Below are positions 1-11,500 of a stretch of 43,478 nucleotides of DNA, piece after piece. The position numbers were made by a program, and so were the translations under genes. The notes below the pieces were generated by a model that was given only the letters and a program-made list of their open reading frames with translations, was not told where the DNA came from and did not search any database. The first letter of the stretch is position 1. Every line of letters starts with the position of its first letter. The stretch lies in sequence record DRR723986_7246. One strand, given 5' to 3'.

Positions 1-68
1 TAAGAGAATCAGAGCCTTGAGTCTAAGAGATTTAGCCTTGAGTCTTCGAGATTTAGAGCCTTGAGTCT
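1..68. repeat. Three imperfect 21-23 bp tandem repeats with core AGCCTTGAGTCT, possibly truncated by the window edge
   Basis: Core AGCCTTGAGTCT at 13-24, 34-45 and 57-68; units taagagaatcagagccttgagtc / taagagatttagccttgagtc / ttcgagatttagagccttgagtc. Confidence 0.8.
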
Positions 69-287
69 GTGTGAAAGTCGGTGAGCGAAAAGTCGGCAGT
101 CAGCCTTCGCGTCTGACAGTCGAAAGAAAAATCGCTTGTTGCGCAAACACCCGCGTCGCTGAGCCACTCGATTCTGACGCAAATTCCAAATTCGGGCAGA
201 CAAACACGCAGTTTTGTGTGGTGTGGCCGGGAACGGAGCACTGCCCTAATTATCCGCAATCGGTGCCTGGCGAACCGAACTACACGG

Positions 288-323
288 AAAAAAAATCCGA
301 TGCCTCGTAAGAAGCACCGGATT
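288..323 (-). terminator. Intrinsic terminator downstream of the OmpA-family gene
   Basis: Minus strand AATCCGGTGCTTC-TTAC-GAGGCATCGGATT hairpin running into a T tract, about 30 nt after the stop at 355. Confidence 0.85.
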
Positions 324-354
324 AACAATTCAAACGGTTAAATGCCTGTAGACA

Positions 355-2505
355 TTAACGCTTAATCGGTGTCTCGATACTGATCACAACCGTGCGCGAG
401 TAGGCGCGGCCTTCACTCAGGTCGTTATCGTACAAGGCGCGTTTTTTACCGATGGCTTCCCAGCGGATGTTGTTATTATCAATTTCCAGTCTGTCTTCCA
501 GATACTTCACAATTTTACGTGAACGCTCCGTGGCCAGGCGATCGTTATAATCTTCTGTACCGGTGCGGTCTGTAAAACCCTGGACCAGAACCGTTGAATT
601 TGGCTGGATGCGACTTGCAACTTCGTCTAAGATTTTCCGATTGCGCACGTCCAGGGTATGGTCATCAAACTCAAATAGAATCAGCGAGTATTTCTCGATG
701 ATTTTGTCTTTTTGGTTGTTTAACTTTTTGTCCTGAATTGTCAATTGACGCACTGGGACCGACGTTGAAACTGAATCTGACTGGCCCTGTGTATCGCGTA
801 CTTTAAGCGCAATCGTTAAGGGAGCGTCTTCAGTCGTGAAGTCTTCAGCATTTGGTTCCCAACGGATCAGGCCACTCGTGGTGTCGTAGATCGCCGTCAC
901 AAAATGTGCACCCTGACGAATCTCAATCTCAAGAGATTCGAGGCCGGCTTCGGAAACGACACTAGGCAAAAATTCCATCGATGTGACGTCGATTCCACGG
1001 CGTGAGCGGGTAATGACAACGGGGCGTAGTACTTCGTAAGAGTCTGTTGTTATGACAACTGCACGTTCTTCATCTACAACTTCCTGCAGTGAATTTGGGG
1101 TTACCTTGTCACTTGGAGCTGAAGAAAGTGTAATGCGATCTTCAGCAACATTCCAGATATCTGTAAAGTATTGTTTAACTGACTCGGCACGTTCCTGAGC
1201 CAATTCGGCTGGATTTCCGCGTCCCTCACGTGGGTTAATAACACCCTGGAGGTTAATACGCGCGTCTGGGTTTTCCTGCAGGCGCTGGCCGATGATGTTA
1301 AGTGTATGATAGTAACATTCGAGCGTTTTGTTCGGCAAATCGGATTCCCGGAAGACGCTGGCACTGTCTGTGCTCAGGCGGTTCAGGCGCGTTTCTTCCA
1401 ATGCTGATTCTCCAGCGGGGAAGTAAACGATCGGCAGGAGCGGCAGGACCTCGCGGTATTCAGTCTCTTCGACTGTCAGGCTAAGATCGTCAACCTCTTT
1501 GCCGTCCTTAAAAATCTTGGCGATTGCCAGATCAGTTGCCAGGACTGGTGGCGGTGGAGGCTTAACCGGTTCAGGCTCTGGAATTGGCTCCGGCTCCGGT
1601 TCTGGCGCCGGTGGCGGAGGAGGAGGTGGCGGCGGCGATGGAAAAAATGCGTAGCTGATGCCTGCCGCAAATCGCAAAGCATTAACATTCCAGTCTATGC
1701 CGTCCACGACATTTGTGACGTTATAAGTGTAGGATATTTCAGGTGTTAAACGCAGGAAGGAAGCCAGGGGCAGGTCGTAACCCACACCGAGCGTGATTCC
1801 TGCGTACAGGCTTTGTGCACTGGGAATTTCGCCCTCGCTGGCGTTGCGTACCACTTCACCGTTCGGGAACGTAGCGGTTTGCGGCGTTACGAAGACTTCT
1901 TCCTCGGTGTAGCTGTCTGAGATTACAAATCCCAGATTGGCTCCGAGGCGCACAGACATTGGCTCGTCGATAGGATACCAGAGCGCCGATGGTTCGAGTG
2001 CGAGAACATTGATCGAAGATTCGAGTCTGTGTTCGAATGTCGCATTCACGGTTTCGTCGGTGTTTTCGTCCAGAATCGCGAATGTTTCAGGTTCTACGAT
2101 TTCGCCACCGAGAGTGTTAAACGAAGCGCGTAGCTGCAGAGCGAACTTTTGAGTTGCTGGAATCTGGAACATACCACCAAAGGTGACACCTGCTCCGCTG
2201 CCGGACTCGTATCCAGGGCAGCAGGAAGGCACACCGGGCAGGTTGGTAAATCCGGCGGAATGCTGATTTAACTGCAAACCACCAAAGAAGCCGACGAGCG
2301 GGTAGGGGATATTGTTAAACTGCTCCACATGCAGCGGTGGCTCATTCGCCAAGTCTGCATCTGTAGTTTCTTGAGTTTGGGCCGTTGTTGTTGTTTTACG
2401 TTTGTCTGCATCCGTGGATTCGCCATCGCTGGATTGACCCAGCATCAACGACGTCACACTGATGAAACAGAGCAAAACAAGAAGGCCTTTGCTTAATCTG
2501 CGCAT
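355..2505 (-). CDS. Outer-membrane beta-barrel + two OmpA-like domain protein
   Basis: Signal peptide from MRRLSKGLLVLLCF (start 2505 or 2517; ORF open to 2541); barrel-type strands ending ...LRFAAGISYAF; poly-Pro/EP linker; internal OmpA-like domain (VYFPAGES...LAQERAESVKQYF); C-terminal OmpA domain (LFEFDD...GFTDRTG...NDRLATERS...RTVVI). Confidence 0.85.
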   Translation of the reverse strand: MRRLSKGLLVLLCFISVTSLMLGQSSDGESTDADKRKTTTTAQTQETTDADLANEPPLHVEQFNNIPYPLVGFFGGLQLNQHSAGFTNLPGVPSCCPGYESGSGAGVTFGGMFQIPATQKFALQLRASFNTLGGEIVEPETFAILDENTDETVNATFEHRLESSINVLALEPSALWYPIDEPMSVRLGANLGFVISDSYTEEEVFVTPQTATFPNGEVVRNASEGEIPSAQSLYAGITLGVGYDLPLASFLRLTPEISYTYNVTNVVDGIDWNVNALRFAAGISYAFFPSPPPPPPPPPAPEPEPEPIPEPEPVKPPPPPVLATDLAIAKIFKDGKEVDDLSLTVEETEYREVLPLLPIVYFPAGESALEETRLNRLSTDSASVFRESDLPNKTLECYYHTLNIIGQRLQENPDARINLQGVINPREGRGNPAELAQERAESVKQYFTDIWNVAEDRITLSSAPSDKVTPNSLQEVVDEERAVVITTDSYEVLRPVVITRSRRGIDVTSMEFLPSVVSEAGLESLEIEIRQGAHFVTAIYDTTSGLIRWEPNAEDFTTEDAPLTIALKVRDTQGQSDSVSTSVPVRQLTIQDKKLNNQKDKIIEKYSLILFEFDDHTLDVRNRKILDEVASRIQPNSTVLVQGFTDRTGTEDYNDRLATERSRKIVKYLEDRLEIDNNNIRWEAIGKKRALYDNDLSEGRAYSRTVVISIETPIKR

Positions 2506-2552
2506 GCTATTATCCATGTTCAGATGTGCACAGTAGGGCATACTGTAACCCC

Positions 2553-5500
2553 TTATTTCACGATGATCAAACGACCGCTGTCGAGGCGTTCGCGTGACCG
2601 GAAAATGACGTGGTATGTTCCGTTCGACAGTTCCGTAGCATCGATTTGATGAATGCGGAAATTGCCGTTATGTCCATAGTTGTTGCCGGTGAGCGTCCAC
2701 TCTTCCAAGTAAACACGTTTACCGGCTTCATTGAAAATTTCGAGCGTTGCTGCGCCGAGTCCGATACCCTCAGTTATTATCTGCGTGCTGGAGCCAACAG
2801 GGTTGGGAGAAATTGAGGTTATACCAAATGCGCGATTTAACATAATTAAACGCGTACCACCGACGCGGCAGACATCCTCAAGTGTTAAACTTCCGCTTGT
2901 AAACTCGACGATGCTGGTTCCAAGGCCAACGTCCCAACTGGCTGATGCAATTCGCAGCTCAGTTTGTTCACTTTCACCAAGCAGAACCGTTCCGATTAAC
3001 TCAGTCAGGATTTCACCGTCGGCAGGAACCGTCACAAATTCCTCGGAAGGGACTTCGATTATGATGCGCCGTTCCAGTTTACCCAAAACGCGTTGAGTTG
3101 TGTTTGATTCGATCCTTCCACGCGAAACGGATTCGGGGTTAAACAAGGTCGCATCAAATACCAGCTCAACTCTGAGCGCCTGTATGTCTACTTCATCCAG
3201 GTCTACCTGACTTTGCAGAATGACTGGTACGCTGAAGTTTTGGGTATTCGGAGCAGCCGCCAGATCGGGAACGATGATATTCGTTGTGCTTTCCGGCAGC
3301 GGAATTGACGTTCCTGTCAATGCAACCACAGGAACAAGGCCGTCATCTGCAAAGAAACGCAGGCTGTCGTTAAATACTCCAACAGTAGTTGGGTTAAACG
3401 ATATTGTTAAAAGGCGCGACTCATTCGGCGGTATCTCCAGCGGAATTGTCAGTGCAGTTTCGTTGCGGAATGGCGTAGTCGCAAGGTCAAAAGCCAGGCC
3501 GGTAATACGACCTGTTTTGTCACCGCGATTTTCCAGCACTAATTCCAGTTCATTTGACATCGTTACCATTACAGTGCCAAAGTCAAGTGCCTGCGGAATT
3601 GCCACAATGCGTGCACGCGGCGGCGGAGCAGATTCACCCCTTAATGTAGTCGAGGCTGAGCGTAAGCATGGATCAGTTGAAGTTGCTGTTACCGTTGATG
3701 TTTCTGTTTGATCCTGCGTTTCGGGACGGTATTCTATTGTTACCTGAATACGTTCGCCGGGCGCAAGTTGGATCGGAAGTGGACCTGCGGGGATCCATGA
3801 AACTACAAAAAACGGCCCGGCAATATCATCCCAGCTTTCAATGTTAATAGCAGCTGTTCCGCTATTTTCGAATTCAATAACTTGTGAAGCGATGTCACCA
3901 CTGGCAACGATCCCGAAGTCCACATCAGCCTGTAGAGCTGTGAGGGCAGGTGCCGTTTGCAGAGCGCGCAACTCAATTTGACGTGTTATGCCACAAGGCT
4001 CAAAGACCAGAGTCATTGTGCCGGAAGCTGCGCCGTCAGTTGTTGGGTTGTAGCTTATGTTAAAGTCAAGTGTGTTGTCTGTGTTAATCTGTGTGTTGTC
4101 AACCAGCGTAGAAGCAAAAGGACCGGTAAACGATTGTGACCGCAGTTGCACATTCTGAATGCCGATTGCATCCAGGCTGAGGCGGAAGCTGCGCTCGGCA
4201 CCTTCAGGCGCGTCACAACGAATGATTTCGCCAAAGTCAATCAGGTCTCCAACTTCTGAGCCATTTTCCGTGATACTTACGGTAAAGGTCTGGACAGTCA
4301 AGGTTGCGACTTCGGAGACAACTTCAACCTGGCAGGCATTAACAAATACCGCACGGTATTGTGTGCCGTTCTGGGCTGCATCTGCATTGCTGATCTGCAG
4401 GTCATTGGCAGTTTCACCGGTCAGGTCCGTCCACACGCCATTAACAAGCTGCTGCCAGCGAATGTCAGGTTGTGGCGAAGCCGTTGCGGAAGCTGAAATC
4501 GTGACGTCCTCACCGTCGCAGACCACAACGTCCGTGGGCTGCTGGGCGATGACGGGAGTTGTTTGTACAATAAGCTGAGCAGGATCACCAAAAGTAGTGC
4601 CGCACTCATTTGTGAATACTGCGCGATATTGGCGCTGGTCCACTGCCGGTGCGTCGTCCGGTAAGTCAAGAACACCATCTACAGCACCGGAGATATCATT
4701 CCAGGTTGAGCCGTCGTCGCTTTGTTGCCATTGAACCGAGGGAGCGGGTTGGCCGGTAGCGGCGGCGCTAAACTGTGCAGGGGAGTTCTCACAAATTGTT
4801 AAGTCATCCGCGTCATCAGTAATTGTCGGCGGCGTGTTAACTGTTAAGGTAGCTGCGGCCGATTCGAGCGTTCCGCAAGAATTGCTGAATCGTGCGCGGA
4901 ATTGCTGCCCATTCCATGCAGCTGGAACTGAGGTAATCGTCAGTGTTGGACTATTGGCGCCGGTGATTTCAGTCACGGTGCCATTGTCATCACGCAGCCA
5001 CTGAATTTGCGGTTGCGGATCGCCATTAACGGCAACGACCAATTCAACCGGTTCACCGGCACAAATTGTTGTATCGCGCGGTTCGCGTTCCACGACCGGC
5101 GGATACTCTATGCGTACACTGACTTCACGGGTTGAAGTTTCGCCACAGTCGTTTTCAAACACGGCGCGGTAGCGGAAACCATCGGCCGATGCCGGAACAT
5201 TCGTGACAGTTAAGAGCGGCTGTGTTTCTCCAACAAGATCAGAGAAACCACTGCCATCGTTAACCTGCCACTGAACTTGTGGAGCGGGGCGGCCTTCGGC
5301 AGCTGCTTCCAATTCGAGCGTTCCACCTTCACATGCGCCGGTATCGCGTGGCTGCATGGTAATTTCTGGTGTTGTCCAAACTGTCAGGTTAACTTCCTGA
5401 CTGGTTAAGGAACCACAGGAATTCGTGAACACCGCACGCAAGGCACGTCCGTCGGCCGAAGCCGGGACTGCGTCCAGGCGCAGGGTTGTATTTGTTTCTC

Positions 5501-8500
5501 CGGAGAGGTCTACAAAAGAGATGCCGTCAAAGGCCTGCCATTGGACTGTTGGGAGCGGAGTGCCGTCGGCAATTGCTCTGAATTCGGCATCGCGTCCTTC
5601 ACAGACAGTAAGGTCGATGGGTTGCTCGTCGATGCTCGGAGCAACTTCAACCGTAATTTCAGCTGCAGCACTTTCAATTTCGCCACAATTGTTACTGAAG
5701 ACGGCGCGGAAGAGGACACCATCCAGCGATTCATCTACCGAGTTAATTAACAGGTTTGAATCTTCGGCGCCACTGATGTCATTCCAGCCTGCACCGCGAT
5801 TTTCCTGCCATTGCACGTCGGGTTCGGGGACTCCATCGGCGTCCGCCGTCAGAATTACCGTGCCGTCCTTACAAATCGTTTGGCTCACCGGTTCGGTAGT
5901 AATGACGGGGGACTCTTCAATTCGCAACGAAACTTCGCGGCTGCTGACCTGACCACATTGATTGGTAAAGATTGCGCGGTAGAGTGTGCCGTCCAGTGCC
6001 GGCTGCACGTTGTCAAGCGAAAGGACTGTTCCGGTCTCACCGGTAATATTAACAAAACCGGCACCGCGGTCGATTTCCCATTGAATATCAGGCTGCGGGT
6101 TTCCGTCGGCAATAGCTGTGAAGTCAACGGTTTGGCCTTCACAGGTTACGATGTCAACCGGTTCCGTAGTTATAGACGGGGCCTGACGCACGATCAGCGT
6201 GACGACGTCACTAAACACCTGCCCACAGGCATTGCTGAATACGGCGCGCAGACGAAAGCCATCCTGCGTAGCAGGCACGGAAGCGCGATTCAGGACTGTT
6301 CCGGTCTCACCGGTGAGCGGCACAAATCCATTGCCGTCGTTGCGGTCAATTTCCCATTGAACATCGGGCTGTGGTTGCGCATCTGCGGTTGCTTCAAAAC
6401 GCGCATCATCACCTTCACAAATTTCGTCATCAAGCGGGTTAAGTGTGACACTTGGAATTGTGTTAACTGTTAACTCTGCGGGCGTACCAAAGGTCTCAGC
6501 GCAGGGATTGTCAATATGCGCGCGGAAGGTCCAACCATCCTGATTAGGGTCGGCATTCGCAAGAATCAGTGTCTCAGCGGTTTCGCCTGCCAGGTCCACA
6601 AAGCCGTTACCGTCCTGTCGGTCTACCTGCCATTGGATCGCGGGTGCGGGATCACCGTCAACTGCAATCGCAAAACGAACTTCGTCGCCTTCACAGACAG
6701 TTAAGTCTATGGCCTGGCTTGTTATCGTTGGGGCGTAGTTAACAGTCAGGGCCGCAGCATTACTGAAGACCACGCCACAATCATTGCTGAAACGTGCGCG
6801 ATACTGTGTGCCGTTGAGCGATCTATCCGCTGCTGTTAATGTTAAAGTTTCATTGGTCTGTGCGGGGCTGATGTCCTGCCAGCCGCTGCCGTCGTTAACT
6901 TGCCAGATCAAATCTGGAGTGGGTTGTCCGTCGGCACGCGAGACAAAGACGGCGTCTTCACCTTCACAAATTGTCAGGTTCACCGGTTGAGCTGTAACAC
7001 TTGGCAGTGTGTTAACAGTCAAGGTTGCCGGATCACTAATTGTCTCACCACAGTAGTTAATTACGCGAACGCGATACTGCAATCCGTCCAGGTTGGCGCC
7101 AATATTATTCAGGTTTAAGTCGGCGGCAGTTGCACCGGAGATATCGCTGAATCCGCTGCCGTCGTCGCGCTGCCACTGATAGGAGAGGGCTGGTGGGCTG
7201 TCCGCACCTACGCTCAGAGTGATATCATCACCTTCACAGGCAATTAAATCTTGAGGTTGACTTGTGATTGTTGGTACGTCGTCTACAAAGAGCTCAGCTG
7301 CAAGACTTCGTTCGACGGCACAAATATTCTCGGCTGTCAGGCGGTAGAGATTACCGGCCATGGCCAAGGTGACATTGTCCAGTGTTAAACTCAGGGTGTT
7401 AACACCATTTACGTCCGTACCGTCTACCAAAGCAGCAAATCCACTACCATCGTCTACTTGCCACTGAAGGCTTGCCCCCGGTTTAGTACCCGGATTGAGT
7501 GTAGCGTCAAAAGTAACTGAGCTACCGGCGCAGACCGTCTGGTCCACAGGGTTCACGTCAAAAGTCGGTGCCACGTTAACAGTTAGAGTTGCTGCAATGG
7601 TCGTTACTGTTCCACAGTCATTGGTAAATACCAGTCTGTAAAGCCAGCCATCCATGTCGGCTTGCACATCTGTCAACGTCAGGCTGTTGCCTGTCAGAGT
7701 AGTCTCGGCCGACCATCCTGCGCCGTCCTGCTGATCCACCTGATAGGCGTAACTCAGCGGCAGGCGGCTGATTGCATCAGCAGTGAAAGTGACGTCCTCA
7801 CCACTGCAGGCGGTTTGATCGAGGATGTCTACATCGATCGTTGGAGCAATATCAACTGTTAAAGTAACTGTCTGGGAGTTAACAACATTACAGCCATTGC
7901 TGAGGACAACGCGGAAAAGCGCGCCATCGAATGCACTTTGCTGTACGTTTGTTAATGTCAAAGTTTTGTCTGTCTCACCCGTAAGATCTTCGAAGTCAAG
8001 GGCGCCTTGCTGCTGCCATTGATATTCCAGATCGCTGCCTTCAGCTTCAACAGTAAAGACGGCGTCATCACCTTCACAAATCTCAAGGTCCTGAGGTTCG
8101 CTGGTGATGGTTGGGGGAGACTTGATTGTCAATTGCACTACATCGGAGTTCAGGTCGCCACATTGATTGGACACAACGGCGCGGACTTGCAGACCGTCGT
8201 CGGCGTCACTCATAATGGTGCGTGTATAACTTGTTCCCGTGCCAACGGCGACCCAAGGACCGCCGGAGTTGGTTTGCCATTCAATTGTGATTGGGGCGGA
8301 GCCGTCAACAGCGATATTGAAAGTTACTTCGTCACCAACACAAAACTCATCACCTTCCGGTTGTTGTGTGATTGAGACGTTGCTAAGAACATCAAGGGTG
8401 CGGACATCTGTTAGAATAGTGCCGCAGCTATTTGTGAACTCAGCTCGCAATTGATATCCATCCCAGTCAGCACCTTCAACGTTAAGATTTAGGCCTTCGG

Positions 8501-11500
8501 CTGTTTGGCCTGCCAGATCTTCCCAGCCACTGCCTCGATTTATTTGCCATTGGACGGCAGCAGTCTCTTGGGCATCAGCTGTCGCCAGCAGAATCACGAC
8601 TGTCCCTTCGCAGACAACGATCGGTTCTGTCCCGCTTATAACAGGGTTTTCCGGCGCATTATTTACCGTTAGTGTAACAGCATCACTAATTAAGCTGCCA
8701 CAGTTATTTGTGAAGCGGGCGCGGTACTGATTTCCGTTCAGCGCGCGATCAACGTTTGTAAACTCGAGCGTGTTCAACGTAATAGCCGGACTAATGTCCT
8801 GCCAACCCGAGCCGTTGTTAACTTGCCAGACGATGTCTGGGGCCGGGCGTCCACTGGCTACGGCAGTAAAGGATACGGTTTCGCCTTCACAAATTGTTTG
8901 GCTGACCGGTTGTTGGTCGATTGTCGGAATAGTTTCAACGGTCAGCAGGGCGGGGTCGCTTGTTGTTGAACCGCAATAATTTGTGACGATGACACGATAG
9001 CTATTGCCGTTCATCGCATCAAGTGCAGTTAAGGTTAGACTGGCGGCATTAGCGCCGGCGATGTCGTTAAAACCAGAACCATCATTCAAGTCCAGCTGCC
9101 ACTGATAGGAATCAATTGCTGGAGATGGATCTGCACTAACTGTGAAAGTGACATTGTCGTTTTCACAAACTGTTTGATCCAGTGGCTGGCTGGTAATTTC
9201 CGGAACATCATCAACTGTCAATGTCGCCGCGGCTGACTCTTCGCCGGCTGGAGCGCAGACATTTGTGGCTACAAGTCGATAGCGATTGCCGTTCATGGCA
9301 ACTGTCACATTTGTAAGTGTCAGCTCCAGCGTAGTTGCACCGCTAATGTCGGTACCGTCAGCCAAATCACCGAATCCACTTCCGGAATCGAGTTGCCATT
9401 GGTAGGTTGCCGTCGGTTGAGTTGCAGGGGCAACTTCAGCGTCAAATTTTACTGTACCGGTGGCACAAATAGTCTCGTCCTGCGGCTCGGCCGTGAAGAC
9501 TGGTGCTACGTTTACCGTTAACAATGCTTCGTTACTGAACACCTCACCGCATTTGTTAACAAAAACAAAACGATAGCGATTTCCATCCAGGTCCGCGGTC
9601 AGGTTGTTTAAGGTCAGACTTCCTGACGAAAGAGCAGTGCGGTTGCCAAAACCACTGCCGGAGTTGACTTCGTAGAAGTATTGCAGGGCAGGGCGGCTGG
9701 TCGCTGCGGCGTTGAAGGTGACAGATTCACCAACGCAGGCCTCCTGGTCCGCCGGATTCGAATCCACAACTGGAGCAACATCAACCGTCAGCGTTACGGT
9801 AATGGAGTTAACAGCTTCGCAACTGTTGCTCACAATCACGCGGAAACTGGCTCCGTCCAGATTGGCCTTTTTGACGGTGTTGAGCGTCAGGGTTTCATTT
9901 GTTTCGCCTGTCAGGTCTTCGAAGCCCAGACTGCCTAGTTGCTGCCATTGATAAACAAGTTCACTGCCGGTGGCTGCAACTGTAAATGTTGCATCGTCAT
10001 CTTCACAGATTTCGAGGCTGACGGGTTCACTGGTGATAGTTGGGGGCGACTTGATGACTAATGTTAAGACATCAGAATCCAAGCTGCCACATTGATTGGA
10101 AACCACGGCGCGGACTTGCAGGCCGTCGTCGTTTATGTTTTGAATCGGGCGGATGTACGTATCACCGGTTGTGCCGGTTGAAGACCAGCCAGATCCACTA
10201 TTCGTCTGCCAGTCAATTGTTATTGGGGTTGCTCCGTCCACCGCGATGGTAAATGTCGCATCTTCACCAACGCAGAACTCTTCACCCGTTGGTTGCTGGG
10301 TGATCGATACTTCGCTCAGTACCGTCAAGGTCCGTTCATCTGTGAACACATTTCCGCAGCTGTTTGTGAACTCTGCGCGGAGTTTGTGGCCATTCCATGT
10401 CGCGTCTGGGACCAGGATGTTTAGCTGAAGATTTGTCTGGCCGGTGATGTTTGCCCAGCCCGTTCCATCATCAAGCTGCCATTGAACTGTAGGAGTTTCT
10501 TTACCACCAGCACCCGCAAGGAGTTGCAAGTTCGTATTTTCGCAGATTACGACTGGCTCAACACCACTGATTGTTGGGTTCTCCGGTGCGTAATTTACTG
10601 TCAGGCTGACTTCGTTGCTGTTATCCGAACCACAAGTGTTTGTGAACACGGCACGATACAAATTACCGTCCAGTGAACGATTGGCGTTGTTAAGTGTCAG
10701 GGTTTCGGCTGTCACTGCAGGTGATACCGCACTCCAACCAGAGCCAGTGTTAACTTCCCAGGAAATCGATGGAGTAGGACTACCGGATGCCGCCGCCATA
10801 AAGGAAACATTGTCACCTTCACAAATGACCTCTGCCGTTGGCTGCGTGTCAACCGTGGGAGCTGTATTGACTGTCAGAGTTACCGCATCGGAGTTAACGC
10901 CAACGTTACAGGAATTGGAGACAACTACCCGGAATACAGCGCCATTGTCGTTAGTGGCCTGTACGTTTGTCAGAGTATATGAAGCAGCTACAGCACCAAC
11001 AATATCCTGGAAGTTTAATCCTTGCTGACGTTGCCATTGATACGTCAGGTTGGTTCCGCTGGCAATGACATTAAAGGTCACATCCTGGCCTTCACACACT
11101 TCCTGGTTTTCAGGCTGTCTGGTAATGGCTGGCGGATCTTCAATATTCAACGTTATTGCGAGGGGAGTCAGAGTTGCGCAGTCATTGGAGATACGAACGC
11201 GCAATTGCAGTTCATCGTCGCTAAGTTGAATAATGCGTGTGTACTCTGTTCCAGTTTCTACCTGAATCCAACCGCCACCATCATTTGTTTCCCAAACAAC
11301 ATTAAAAGGTGCACTTCCACCAAGTACTACCTCGAAATCAATTTCTTCGCCAACGCAATGATCTTCCGGAAGGTTCGAAGAGATAACCGAGACGTCTTCT
11401 TTAACTACCAGAATAACGGATTCAATATTGTCGGACGCACCGCAGGCGCTGTTTGTAAAGACGGCACGGACTTTTTGACCATCCCAGCCAGTGTCCACAC

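Noticed and set aside
1-68. CRISPR array
   Set aside because: Core repeat is 12 bp, the 9-11 bp linkers resemble each other, and there are no cas genes in the window.
9-328. Short ORFs 9-203, 53-328, 71-310
   Set aside because: They overlap one another, the repeat or the terminator, and show no recognisable motif.
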